Assembly: GCF_009914755.1 (NCBI RefSeq)
Contig: NC_060942.1
DNA from: the human T2T-CHM13v2.0 reference genome, Homo sapiens
Reading direction: 5' to 3' (one strand)
DNA length: 64,000 nucleotides
Made by a program: the position numbers and the translations under genes. Shown piece by piece: positions 1 to 19,309 of the stretch. Under the pieces are notes generated by a model, which saw nothing but the letters and a program-made list of their open reading frames with translations, had not been told where the DNA came from and ran no database searches. Numbering within the stretch: position 1 is the stretch's first letter; every line of letters begins with the position of its first letter.

Positions 1-64
1 TTTACCTTGAGATAATCTAGATCCTTCCGCAGCATCACTTTATTGCCTAATGCTACTGTTTCCT

Positions 65-250
65 TCTCATCATTTGCCCAAAAAGAGGGGTCTCAGGAGA
101 TGCTCTTTGGGGAACTTGTTAAAATCCTGAATTCTGGGCTGACTTCTGAGACTTCTGATTCAATAATTCTGGATGGTACCTAGGGATCTGCATTTTAATA
201 TACAGTGCATCCCAGATGATTCTTATTTCAGGTGGTTGATAAACACTGTC
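65..250. mobile_element. MER5-like hAT-Charlie DNA transposon fossil
   Basis: MER5-type motifs gaattctgggc...gacttctgattca...atctgcatttta...ccagatgattct; boundaries approximate. Confidence 0.6.
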
Positions 251-1623
251 TTATGGCTAAGAGGAGGGAAGATTAGCTGGCTTATTTTCTACTCATGGGG
301 TTTTTGTTGTTTGTTTGTTTGTTTGTTTGTTGGAGTAGGTGAGGAAAATTGGAGAAATAGCTCCCCTGCATATTACATTTGAAGAAAGTAAAGTTAAGGA
401 CATAATGATATAATTAAGTTTAATGTAACATATAAACAGATTTGTTCATCAAACGCACTGAGCTAGTTACTGGACATTCAAACTGTGAATGAAACTTGGA
501 TCTCTGTGCTCAAATAGCAAATAGTTAGGGAACAAAATGAATTACCATCCAGGCTCAACAATGGATTATCCAGTTGGTTCAATTCTCTACCTCGGTAGAG
601 GTTACAGTTTGTCCCTAATGTCAACCTTCCCATGAATATCCCGTGTTTCCTATCTAAAAGCCTAGGGACCTATTCATGGAGGTACTCCTGATAACAGGTC
701 ATGAAGTCACATCAAAGATTACCTGGGCCTGTCTCCCCTCATCACAGATAAGGGAACTGAAGTTACAAGAGGTTAAGGGACTTGTGGAAGGTAGCTAGAT
801 AGTTTGTATGACAGTTCACACCCAAATCAGGCCTTCTGAGGCATTGCTTTTCCCACTTTAGCATATTGCTTGGAGCAAGATTGTCCATTGGTTTGTTCAT
901 TAATTCATTCATTCTACAGATACTTAGTAAGCACCTACCATTTTCCATGGTAGTAAGCACCTACCATTTTCCTGGGCCATGTATTGAGGATGAAAAGTTG
1001 AGTAAGACTCTCTTTCTGTCTTTACAACCTTATAATTTAGGGAGATAGAGATCAGAAAACAGGTTACGTAAAGCCAACCTTCTTTGATTTTTTTTTTTCC
1101 ATAATACAGATCTTATGCTTTGCTGTCTCCTGGAATGATTTTCAGACTTAGGTTATATCCTTTCTGACCTCTTGATTCACCATCTGACCAATCTGGATCA
1201 TTTTAGTCAGGCCTTCCATAGAGCACATCTATCTATCAGGTGCATGTCCTTACTTATCCTAGAGACCTCTCCACCACTGTTTCTTTCTAGAGAGAAGGCA
1301 GCGAGTTGCACAGAGTATTTCAGAGATGAATAGATAGGGTAAAGTCCAGCTTTTGGTTTTCATTTTTTCAAGTTCCTTTAGGATGATGTCCTCTGGTCCT
1401 GCAGCAGATCTTTGGAACCATGACTCTCAGACCCTCTTGCAGTTCTCAATCCAACAAACAGATGACTATCCCAGATAGAATTTAGCTTTCTTTTTCCCAA
1501 AATGGCCCACCTTTCATTGTCATGCATAAAAGCACATATTCTCTGTCCCTTCACACAGCCTTTCAAGATAGTTCTAGAGTTTATTTCTCTTTATTTGGCA
1601 TTTTACAAACAAAAGATATTACA

Positions 1624-1936
<313 letters not shown>

Positions 1937-2516
1937 TTACAGTGGTAAGTTTGAAAATTTCACTGACGACTTTTCTTCTTCCCCAACAAATAAACCCCTT
2001 CCTTTCAATTAGACAACTTCAATTACAAGAAAGAAGGGACATTTTCACTGTGACCCTTTTGAAACTCATGCTCCCAGGACCAGCCACTCCCCTTAGCCTC
2101 TGACTTTATTAATGAGCTCATCCTCTGGCTTAATCCTTAGCCAAGGCAAATTTGAGGTAGCAAATTGCATTTTACAGCAATAAACCTAAAGCTGTATGTC
2201 ACAAGAGCCACAGTACCCTAAATGAGCTCACATTTGTCTCAAGTGACATGTCAGTGGCTTGGAAAAACTAGTATCCACAATGCACATCTTCTTGCCACCT
2301 TCAAGGGTATTCCAGTAATATTGCCCATATGCACATGTCACTTACTGACTTCAGAAATGTACATAATTGGGTTACCCAATTAGAGAATAATTTTTTTTTT
2401 AAAGACAGGGACTGCATTTCTTATTTTCTCTCAAAGAAACTAATATATATTCTTTGGACACAGAGGATCTACAATAAATACAAGTAAGTTAATGATCCAT
2501 TTTATCCTTAAATCCC

Positions 2517-2841
<325 letters not shown>

Positions 2842-3029
2842 TCAGTTATTCGGTTACCTGTTGAGTGGCTCTCCTGTGCCTAACCTTGAGCTATATGTTA
2901 TGAAGGAGAAATGAGATGTATTTGACATAGGCCCTGTACTCAAGGATTTTGCAACCTTACTGAAGAAGAATGAAATAATTGGAATAGTAGATCTGGAAGG
3001 ACTTTAAGGTCTATCTAATTCTGTTTTCT

Positions 3030-3432
3030 TGCAGTAGGTGTATCGGCTATGCGTCAATATTTCTGGTTGCCCTCTCTTTCTGAGTACCTGAAAAAATTGC
3101 ATTTTTCAACCCCTTGGGCTTTAGATAGATTATATGACTTGCTTTGGCCAGAAAATGTGAATGAGAGGGATGTGTGTGATACATGGATGGAAGCATTTAA
3201 GAGCCAGAGCATGATCTTTACTTCCCTTCTTTTCCTGGTGTTGCAATTATGAAGGTGCTTTCATGGTGAAAAAGCAGAAAGCCTGAATAAAAAACTATGG
3301 AGAATGGAGGACTGTCCTAGGCATCTCTAGGAGCTTTTGCATGAGCAAGAAAAACAATTTTATTGTGCCAGGCCACTGAGATTTTAGGATTGTTTGTTAC
3401 CACAGCATAACTTAACCTATTCTGACTAAATC
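3030..3432 (+). mobile_element. MLT1 (MaLR) solo LTR, MLT1I/J-like
   Basis: tgacttgctttggcca, ggaagcatttaagagccag and 3' end gccactgagatttt...tgtttgttaccacagcataac...ctgactaa. Confidence 0.7.
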
Positions 3433-3899
3433 CATCATTTTATAGATGGGGCAATTTAAGTGTGAATTTGTGTGACATGGAACTTCAATGTATTAAGAGC
3501 TCAATATATCTTTGGACTGGACTGGTTGAAGGCATCTTCACAAAAGATGTCTAACTTGAGCTTCACTTCATAGGTTGTGCAGGATTAATCCTGGAGAAGT
3601 GGTTGTGGCATTGGTGGGGGTGTTAATGGTGGCAGTGATAAGAAAGTCCAGATCATAAGAAGACAGGGAAAAAATGGATACCGAATTTTAACAACACTAC
3701 CCATAGCTTAATATACATAACTATTGGTGCTAAGTATTTTATTTGCTTTATTTCGTTTCATTCTCACAGTCATGCCTATAGAAATAATAATCACAACTAT
3801 CTCATTCCTCCCTATGAGATAGTAATAATTACTGTTCACATTTCTTTAAAAAGTAAACTGAAGCTTAGAAAGCTTTACTCAAAATATCTGGAACTACAT

Positions 3900-5540
3900 C
3901 ACTGGTCGATTTCTTCCCATCTTCTTCCATGACTGTGGGTAAGAAGTGTTCTTTTTGTACTCATCAAGACTCTTGTTGTCATTCATGCAACGAATCCCAT
4001 CCCTCCCTTTTCTCTGGGATGTTTCCATGGCTGTCTCTTTTTTTGTTGTTTGTTTTCATTATTTTTAACTGCTCTATTTCTGCTAGTTCCATTCCTTCAC
4101 CTTATACACTCGGCAAATGTCTTCCATTTTAAAAGAAAAACTATTTGAAAACATGTAAAACCAAAATAACTATACCCTGATTTGCCTTCAAGTTATCATG
4201 CTCTCTCACCATTTCTTCAGAACAACCTTATTTAAAAAACCATCTACACATTCTGTCTTCACCTCCCTAACCCATCACAGAAACTTCCCAGATGAGTTAC
4301 TACTGACTTCCTGGCTGCCAATCTCAATGGATGAAATGAACCCTGATGTTACTGATCAGGACTAACCTTGGCTTCTAAGGACCCACTGTCTTCTAAATTC
4401 TTCCTATTGCTTTACTACTCTCTCAATCCACTTTGAAGATTCCTCTTTTTCCACTGGTCCCTTAAATGGTACTTCCATATTTGTGTTCTCAGCCCTTATT
4501 CTTCTCATGCTTCATGAACTATGAGAACAACCTCATCCAGTCCTATGGTTTAATTACATGTCACTATGTTAAATCCCACCAAATCCATAGCTTGGGTCCA
4601 GATCTTTCTCACAGACTTCATAAATAAGTATTTTGCCTCTTCATTCATATGTCATCTTGAAATAAATGGTAAAAAACCAAACTCATTCCTTGGCACCGTA
4701 AACCTCCTCCTTCCCCTGAACTCTTTTTATCTTCATAAATAAGGTCACCAACTACCTACTCCCTATAAGCCTACAAGCCCAGTTTGCTCAACTTTCATTA
4801 TAATTAGACTCCACAGCTTGAATCAACTCTCTAAATAGCTCTCAATTTGTACCCCTCCTTTTTTTTTGATCATCCCTGCTATTGGTTTAATTTAAGGCTT
4901 TGCCATCCCTCATCTCATTAATAATGAGGGATTATCTTCTTAATCCCATTAAGACTCCCTCCAAACCATTTTTCACACTTCAGCCAGAATAATCTTTCTA
5001 GCATTTCAGTATGTTCACGTCATTCCTCTACCTTGTTCTAAGGTGCTTTCTCACATTCTGGATACACTCAGAACATCTTAGCAGGTACACATTGTCCTTC
5101 ATGGCCTGATTCATGCCTGGGTCTCCAGCTTTCTCTGCTGCTACTCCCTTCTCCATGATTACCCCTGAGCCAAGCCAAAGATGTTCTGGCCCTAGAAAAT
5201 CTATGATTTCTCTTGCCTTCGTGAGCAGCCTCCTTTGCCAGCAATAGCCAGTGGTTTCCTTTGGTCTTTTTCACCTGCTTAAGACCAGCTTAAGGACCCT
5301 TCTGTTGTGAAGGCTTGGTGCTCCCACCTCAGTACCCCTAGGGTACCTTGAACATGCCTCTATGCTGCTTCTGTCGTATTGCACTGTGATCATGTACGTG
5401 TCCCACTCCAAGCTGAAAGTGCAAGATCCCTCAGGGGAGAGTCTAGTCTATGTTATAGTCCTCTTCATATTCCTGTGCCTAGAACAGTGATGAAAAACAG
5501 TAGAGTCTCTGTAAATATTGTTAAACATGTGAATTAATGA
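3900..5540 (-). mobile_element. Degenerate L2 LINE fragments
   Basis: Pyrimidine-rich L2-like sequence (agccagaataatctttct, gtgcctagaacagtg...aaatattg...gaattaatga); boundaries approximate. Confidence 0.55.
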
Positions 5541-6888
5541 TAGCTTTCAGGAAATATAGGTTATATGAAAAATTACTTGAGGTTTTGGTTTGCATTTCCT
5601 TCTACAAATTAAGGGGATTTCTTTTTTTAAAATGATCATTTCATAGCTTGCTTTTAGTTCTCTTTGCAAATGTATTTTAAAGACTGCCAGCCTACCTACA
5701 TTTCACAATATAGGATTAGGTCTTTAAAATAATGCACAACAGTAAAACAGCACATTGTCATCAAGATTTACAGAATTCCCACTCCCGGTTCTGAGCCATG
5801 TAGTTAGGAGAGAAACACTTGGCGAACACATAGACTTTTTCTTGTTGCCTTGTATTTTCACTTTGTTTGTCTCATTTATGGCTTAGAAGTTGCTTCTGAA
5901 CCACAGGTGGGTATAAAGACAGCTTGAGCTTTGAGAATTACTGATGTGTCTAACAAGTCGGCTCTTTCACTCAACCTGTTTTCTGGATGAGTGGAGGACA
6001 CCAAACCATTCAGTACCTTGATGAAAGGAAGTGGGCTAGATGCACTTCTGTTTTATAGGGATACATCAGACTGAAGCCCATATTTTGATTTTTTTTTGTG
6101 TGTGATAGTACTGTAAATTCTCCTTTTTCATTTTCTCAATCTCATTAACTTCATTCTTGGTTGCTTCATTATTTTCAGAACTATCTTCTTGTAGCTGCAT
6201 TTTTTTTTCTACGTCACTAATCTGTCAGCTGTTACAGTATTTTTAATTATACTTTTCCAATATTTCTTTTCTTGTCATCATTTTTAATTTACATGCATAT
6301 ATTATTTTTATGATGAAGCATAGGGGTGGCTGTATGTTATATGCTATATAGTTACAAACTTTATAGAGATTTTGCCTCTTGAATTTCACAATGCAATAGC
6401 AATTCTTCTACGCTGCCCAGATTTATGTAGAGAAGAGGCCATTAGGAAGAACTTGGACCCATGTTGGTAGGCTCTGAAGGTTGTATCTCAATCAATCATT
6501 GCCACAGAAAATCTAGTTCTGATTTTGAGCCTTTGTATTTTACACTGCTATCCTGGGCAGCAGAATACTTCCACAAAGCATTTAGAATGTGGGTCTTTGG
6601 TAGCAAACTGTCTTCAAGGTCATAACTACAACAAACCAAATTTCTGGCATCAAGTGCCATGGGACATGATGAATACCCTGGGTTGAGGGGAGGTGGGATG
6701 GAGAATGGGGCAGGGGTTTAGAAGTTGAGCTGTGGCCCGGGCAAGTGTTCCACAGAGTAACTCAGTTGGCTGCACTAGGACTCAGGCTGAGCTCCATGAT
6801 CAGGTGCTCATGTTATTTGTGATTCTTAGCATGCTCAGTACTTGGACTCTAGCTCAAAGAATGGATGTTTTTAAAGAAAGATAAAAGC

Positions 6889-7202
6889 AACCAGGTGCAG
6901 TGGCTCATGACTATAACTCCAGCTACTAGGGAGGCCAAGGCGGGAAGATTGCTTGAGCCCAGGAATTCAAGACCAGCCTGAGCAACAAAGCAAGATCTTG
7001 TCTCTACTAAAAATAAAAAAAGAAATAAAATAAAATTTGTCAGGTGTGGTGGTGTGCACCTGTGATCTCAGCTACCCAGGAGGTTGAGGTGGGAAGATTG
7101 CTTGAACCTGGAAGGTTGAGGCTGCAGAGAGCCATGATCATGCTACTGCACTGCAGCCTGGAGAGCAAGAGCACGACCCTCTCTCAAAACAAAAAAACAA
7201 AA
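6889..7202 (+). mobile_element. AluJ
   Basis: gattgcttgagcccagga and gaggctgcag diagnostics; A-rich tail; followed by MIR-like sequence to ~7440. Confidence 0.9.
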
Positions 7203-7499
7203 GCAGGTAGCAATTGTTGAGTGTTTACTATGTGCCAAGAACCGTGCTGAATATTTTAAATATATTATATCATTTAACCTCACAACAAACCTACAAAATA
7301 GGTACTTCATTATTTCCATTTTGAAAATGAGAAAACCGAGGAATAAGGATGAAACAACTTGACCAAACTCATAGAGCAATTATTAGGTTATGGAGTTAGG
7401 AGTTGAACTTTGGCTTCTTATTCCAAAGCCCCTGATCTTAGGTACTACACTGATAAAAATATTGGGAAAAAATGTGAGTAAGGGGAATATTGGAAGAAC

Positions 7500-8530
<1,031 letters not shown>

Positions 8531-8557
8531 CAAAAGTGTCTTGGGAGAGGATGATAT

Positions 8558-8690
8558 TTCTCTTTCCTCCTCCTTCTCTTCTTCTTCCTCTTCCTCTTGT
8601 TGTTGTTCTCCTCCTCCTTCTTTTCCTTCTCCTCTCTTCCTCCTCCTTTTTCAGTTCATCTTCACCCTCATCTTCATCCTCCTTTATTGT
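8558..8690. repeat. Low-complexity (TCC/TCT)n polypyrimidine tract
   Basis: Visible degenerate trinucleotide run. Confidence 0.85.
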
Positions 8691-8765
8691 TAATTTACTC
8701 TATTACACAATTTCTGGAACAAAATGGAGTTCAGTGCTTAGTATTGTCTATCGAATGAAGCCTAG

Positions 8766-9147
<382 letters not shown>

Positions 9148-10339
9148 TGACTACTTGCTCTCCATCATTCACCATACTAACTTAGTCCCAAGACAGAGAC
9201 ATGGCTCTCAAGTCATTTCTTCCTGTCTGTCTCCACTGCTGCCACCTGAGTGCAACCCTTTTCATCTCCCACCTCCATCACTGCAACAATCCCCTAGGGT
9301 GTTCCCCTGTCATTGGCCTTTTCCTTTATTTATTCTCCACCCTACAGCCCAGGTTATAGCTCCAAAAGGTAATAAGATATTATTTCTTGGCTTAAAGATC
9401 TCTATTGTCTACCCTTTTTAAAATAACTTTTAAAAAACCTTTCTTTGGAATGAAGATTCCTTGGAATTTTGACAATATATATGAACTTCTCAGAAAAGTA
9501 CACATAAGTACCAACATTTATACTAAATTTGGGTGGATTCACAGATGCCCTGAAACTGTCCAGGGAAGTATTCAGTGTCCCCGAACACCGAATACTTGGG
9601 CCATAGGAGAGTCCACCAATGTTCCTCAATATCTGGCCCATGCATGTCCATCGGCAGCCTCATATCCCACGATTACCTTTACCTTTCCAGATCTAGCTCA
9701 AGGGGAGTACTTCCCAATCTCCTCCGAAAATAATCTTTCCTCTTCTGTGCCTCCAAAACACACATAGCAATTATCATGTTCAGCTACAAGGATTTCTAAA
9801 TGCTTTCTCTCCTTAAAGTTCTCAATTCTTTAAGGAGAGGAATCACATCTAATTTTCAGTTTATGTACTAGTCCTACCAAAGACTCTAGGGCAGAGTTGG
9901 TAGTCAGTAAATATTTACAGAGTGCCTATATCAAAGGTGAATAAAAAGTAGGGATGGTATTTCTCTGTTAAAGATTTCCTCATCCTTCCTTCTTCCGTCC
10001 TTTCTAATATCATCCAGAAAACACAGATAGCTCGGGCCCAACAAATTGCAAGGTGATGGTAATTACAAACAATCCAGGTCAGTTTCCCCTCAATTCTGAG
10101 CTTTGCTATTACAGTTGTTCTAGTTGGTCTTTCCCATTTCTTACCTCCAAGACGGGGATGAGATTTGCTTCTGGTACTTCTTTTAATCTCCGGAGACACA
10201 AAGTTTGGTTCAGTTTTTCCCTCTCTTTGTCCAAATATATTGCCAGGAGAGCAAGTTCCATGGCCAGTTAATCTGCTCATGGAGTCTTTAACTCTGGGTT
10301 TGCACAGTCTCTTCTCTTGGGTCCATAGCTTGGAGCACT

Positions 10340-10530
10340 GTTTCTCATAGACTGGTCTATGGACTGCTTGCCTCAGAATCACCTGGGATACTTGTAAAAG
10401 ATATACATTCTGGGACCCACCTCGAATTTCCAAATGGTGCTGTGGGTGTCAGTAAGATATTCTGGAATCAGCATTTTAAAACTTTCCCAGAAGAATGTTC
10501 TTGACACTAAAAATTGGGAATCACTGACCT
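10340..10530. mobile_element. MER5-like DNA transposon fossil
   Basis: tcagaatcacctggg...ttctgggacccacc...gaatcagcattttaa...aaattgggaatcactg. Confidence 0.6.
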
Positions 10531-11655
10531 AGAACCTATTCCCATTCTCCATCTATCTCAAGCATGCTGAATCCAGGCTTCTTCCTTTTCTTCTTGACTC
10601 TCTTTCATCAAGACCATACCATAAATTCACCATGACTGGTGAATCCCCCTTTTTTGTTTCATAAGCAGGAATAAAACTAAGAAGTGGAGGTTGGAGCCAG
10701 AAAAGTCTGAGCTTAAGTGTCCTTTCTGCCATTTACTTCCCCTGTGAGCTTATTTAAACCCTCTAAGCCTTATTTTTTAACTACAAAAAAGGCAAATAAT
10801 ACCTACCTCATAGATTGTTGTGAGAATCTAATGGTATAAATTATTTATTTAGCATAGTTCACAACCCAATCAAAGTACTCAGTTATTAGTAATTGTAGTA
10901 ATAAACAGCCCTGAAATGTATCATTTTCCCATCAAGATATAAGTATGTGTCTTATGGTATATGCGTGTTTGCATGTAGATATGTATATTTTTATATATTT
11001 ATATAACAGGTTTCTTATTAAGATCATTTGTCTCTATTCACCTACCCAATTTGTCCTGTTTTCCAGCTTCTGTCTGTCCGTCTAGCATTTTGAATATCAA
11101 ACTTAGCTCTGCACTGAAGATAGTTGAAAATCAAACCCTATTCTGCACTTAGAAAATTGCTTTACTCTATCAGGAAATTTTAAAAGTGCTCAGATGAATC
11201 ACTGTGAAGACTAATTTTGAAAACCGTGTTTGATCAGTGATACAGTTTTGGTTGATAGCTCTGTTATTCCCAGAGGAAACTTAACAAAATATTTTCAAAC
11301 AGGAACACTTTGAAGGAAGAAATGAGTATCTAGGGGCGGGGGAGGGGGCAAACTTGGGAAATAAACATGCGTAATAAGAATTGTTCAGAAGGTTTCTCAT
11401 TCATTAAATACGTTTATGAACTGTAAATCATGTCGGTAGAGCCTCTTTATCGAGTACAACCAAACTGAGATTATGGAAAGATCTCTTCAGTAACACGAAG
11501 AAAATGGCTCAAGGAGATTCTCAAGGATTTTTCTATAGAAAAAAAAATGAAGCAGTATAAATTTAAGTCAGACTCCTCTCTCTTGAACTAAAATTTGTCA
11601 TGATCACAGCCACCTTGATGTCATCTAGAATTTCTCCATCGTTAGAAATCTCTAA

Positions 11656-14058
<2,403 letters not shown>

Positions 14059-14751
14059 AGAAATCTCTAAGTGAGAGTGAAACTGTAACATGAGTTCCCA
14101 TTTTTTAGTTTGATGGTTTCAGCAGGGATTCCATCAGAGCCTGAACTGTTGCTGTATCTACCTGATGACTTTCTGGGGACTGAATAGAAAGGCACAACAA
14201 ACTCTGGTATTTGGAAAGCTTAAAGTGAGAGTCGGAAATGCAACTTCCAATATGCATTTGCCCTCTTTACAGTCACCTCCGTCTTTAATTCTTAATATGC
14301 AGGATTGTAAAAGGCTTTACTATAATGTGGGTGGGGAGGAGAATAGGATATTGAATGAGGAGTTTGAAGAGACGGGGCATTTGTTAGCTGTGAGGCAAGG
14401 TTTCCAGAGAGCACCCCAAACAGGAAGGAGCAGTGGGAGATTGAATCTGAAGAGACGTGCTGACCACTATGGGGATGAGAGCACAGAACAGAATAGCTGA
14501 CTGGATGGGCCACAGCAAGACACAAGAATGACAAATAATTGTGAATCTTCTTAGAAGTCTTCATCAGAACCTCTTGTCAGCTTTTTCTTTACTGATGAGC
14601 CTCCACATACTGTCACTTCTTTCACATCTGTCATGTATCAATACTTCAGCTACTCTTTTCCTGGTATCTTCAACCTCTCCATCCATTATAATTTTATAGC
14701 AATCTGTCTGGCTAAATGCTAGGAAATTCTCCTTGTTCTTCCCTGTGCATA

Positions 14752-16250
<1,499 letters not shown>

Positions 16251-19200
16251 CAAATATGCCTTAACAATTTTTGTGAATTATTGACTAAAAAAGATACCTT
16301 CTAAGTGTGGCATTTTATATCAAGTCTAGACCACATCGTGGTCACAAATTATGAAAATTATTAAAAAGTGAATTTATTAACATAAAAAATTTACTTCCTG
16401 ATTATAAAAATATAATTTTTCTTTCATAAGTTATTAGATCTTAGTTTTATCCAAATGATAATATATATTTATATCTGGTAAAATCATCTGAATTTTTCAA
16501 TTAACTCACATGGTCATATGTGTTCATTGATAATATAAGCCAACTCTTGAAAATATTTGATTTTCTGCTCAGAGTCCATAATGGTAGCAGCTGAAATGAC
16601 AAGTTTATCTTACTCCAGAGAACAAATCTGTGTAACTCAACCATATCTCTGCTACTCATGAATCATCAAGTCTCGGCTTTACTTGTGGGATAAATATATC
16701 TGTTATGTATACCTTCTTGTCCTTTTTGCATAACTATATATTTCTTTCTTTGCATCTATTTTTATTTATATGCATCCTACCTCTGATACTCACAGTGGAG
16801 ACTTAACTTGGAGCAAATCAATTAAATCCCCCAGTATTCTTTTTGCTGTATAATGCTGCTGAATCAAAACGCAAATTTGCCAGGGTCTTTACTGTATTTT
16901 CCTCAAAGTAGAGGCATGAGCTGGAAAAGGGAGTGAGGTGAACATTTGATCAGGATGACAAGCACCAGTGGATTCCTGCTGTTAGCTGGAACACAAGCCC
17001 GATGACATGTATTTGGTGTCATTCCGATGTAGATTCTGACAGATGCCAATTTATGGTCCAATTTATGTCTTGACTCTCATACGAAGGCCAAGCAAGCCAT
17101 AAAATGTAATAAGAATTTCTTCAATCAATGTCCAGAGGAAAAACAAATCACTCAGTTACTGACACAATATTGCATCAACACTCCGGTAAAGTTCTCACAA
17201 GTGTGTGACATGCCCCCAAGCTACAGAGAGCATGGAGAGTAAAAAACCCCAGCACAGCAACACCACATCCTAATAGAGGAGCTCCTGAACTTCACAGCTC
17301 TTAATAGGTCATCTGCTTTCTTTTTCTTTCATTCTAACAGAATTCCCGTTTTGCAGGGAGGGGTGGGAGAAGAGAATTAAGTAAATGAATTCCTCCTCTC
17401 TATTTCCTTCCAACATTCCCGTTTCAGACTTATTTCTGACCTCTTTGCTGTGAACTCCTCCATTTCTTTTCTCTCTTCCTCTTTCCGTTCCTACCAGCCT
17501 CCTCTTTACAGAGAGGGTTATTTATTCGTCCCCTGCCACATCATTTCAACTCAGGCTTCTAGTGAGGTAACACAGATTAGTCCCTGATCACAGTTTCAAT
17601 CCAGCCAGTTGCGGGCTCGTGTATTTTTCCTTTCCCTTCCTTTAGAGGTTTTTCCAACCAGATACATGCCGTTAAGCACGGTTACAAGTTGGTGCCTGGA
17701 AGGGTTTCAGAGAAGAAAGATGGGAGAATCAGCTATCCATAAGACCCATTTTAATTGTTTCTGATTTGTTTTTTCCAAATCCAGTTTTAAGATTGTCGCT
17801 GCACACGTGCACGCACACACACAGAGTGAAAGGCTGTAGGATCACCATCATGCTCTATCTCAATTGTGTCCTCTTCTATTTGTGCACTTAGCACTGAGGG
17901 TCAAAGTCATTTTGTTTATTGGTACAGGACAAAATGGTTAACCTGGGACACTTTATATTTGAAAAAGTTTGCCTTTAGAACACTGGGAAAGTTACAAAGC
18001 AGGCCAGGAAAAACAGAGCACACTTTTCAGAGAGATACTCTTTTCCTTCTTTAGAAAAGAATAGGGGAAGAGTACAAAGGATATGAACATATTGGAATGA
18101 GGATTGGAGGCAATGCTGGTTCACATCTCAGCTCTAACACTCCTTGGCTGTATAACAGGTTGGGAAAGTGCTCCTGCCTCAGCAGTGCTTCTTTAAATAT
18201 AAATGCTACAGATATGAGAAAGAGTCCATGCAGTAATTATCATTAGTATTTAGTAATATATTTAATATATTCCTAAAAAGGAAGAAAGCTCTATCCAGTC
18301 AGGGCAAATTTTTTTTCCATGCAAACTAAGAAATGATGGTCTCACACACGGGCTTCACCCCGGAAACCTTCCAGACCACAGTAGCTCAAAATTACCACTC
18401 CCTCTTGTGTTCTAAAAGCAAGTCAACTGTGAGACTCTATTGTTAGGGAAAATCCAGGTGTTGCGGGGTCCGGAGCCATGTGATACCCGGTTGCAAACTG
18501 ACTTCTCCTACCCACCTAGAACCTCTGCAAACACCAGCAGCTCCCAGGACTCACAGGTCTGATTCAGGTGAGCAATTCTTAAGGCTTAAGCCTCTGTCTT
18601 TTACATTGCTGCCTCTCAACAATGTGCCTGTCTTTCTAGATTGCAAGGTAGAACCCATGTGTGATCTCATCTGCCTACTGCAGACCTGAGTACAGTACTA
18701 TGAATAGTATAGGTACTCAATAAACGCACGTGGGATTGCTTCTAAACTCATTTCGCTGTTGATTTTTGTTGAGTAATTTTTCTGACTATAAAGCACCATG
18801 GGTTCATGACCAAAGCTTTAAAAAACCCAGAAAATAATTTTTAAAAGAGAAATAAAATATCAGTAATGCCACGGACAATAATATATTTCCCCATCATCTT
18901 TTTTACATGTATATCTGTATGTTATGTTACATAATTTTATTTAAAATATCCAGCTTTTCTTTTCTATTATTTTTCTAATTTATTATCCTAGGAAAAATAT
19001 TTGGAAAGCATGATTTCAATGGTAAATAACCTCCTGTTGTATGTTAGATGTACCATATTTTTGTAAACATTCCCCTAACCTACCCAGTGCATTGTCCTAT
19101 AGAGGGCATATTTCCAATAAACAAACACAATGCCTTGTAGAGTTCTTCTAACATCTTTAGTAGTCTCACTTTATATGTTGGCCTCTGAGGTGGAGATAAT

Positions 19201-19309
19201 ACAGAAAGCTGAGGGTTGGGTGTCAGGGGAGTGAAGGAAGGGGTAGAGGGTGAATAAAATTTATAACTAAATTTAGATTCCCACAAAAGAAAGTTCCTTA
19301 TACCAAATA

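Noticed and set aside
9915-10433. 172-aa minus-strand ORF
   Set aside because: It begins in a MER5 fossil, has no recognisable domain, and its length is compatible with chance in 64 kb.
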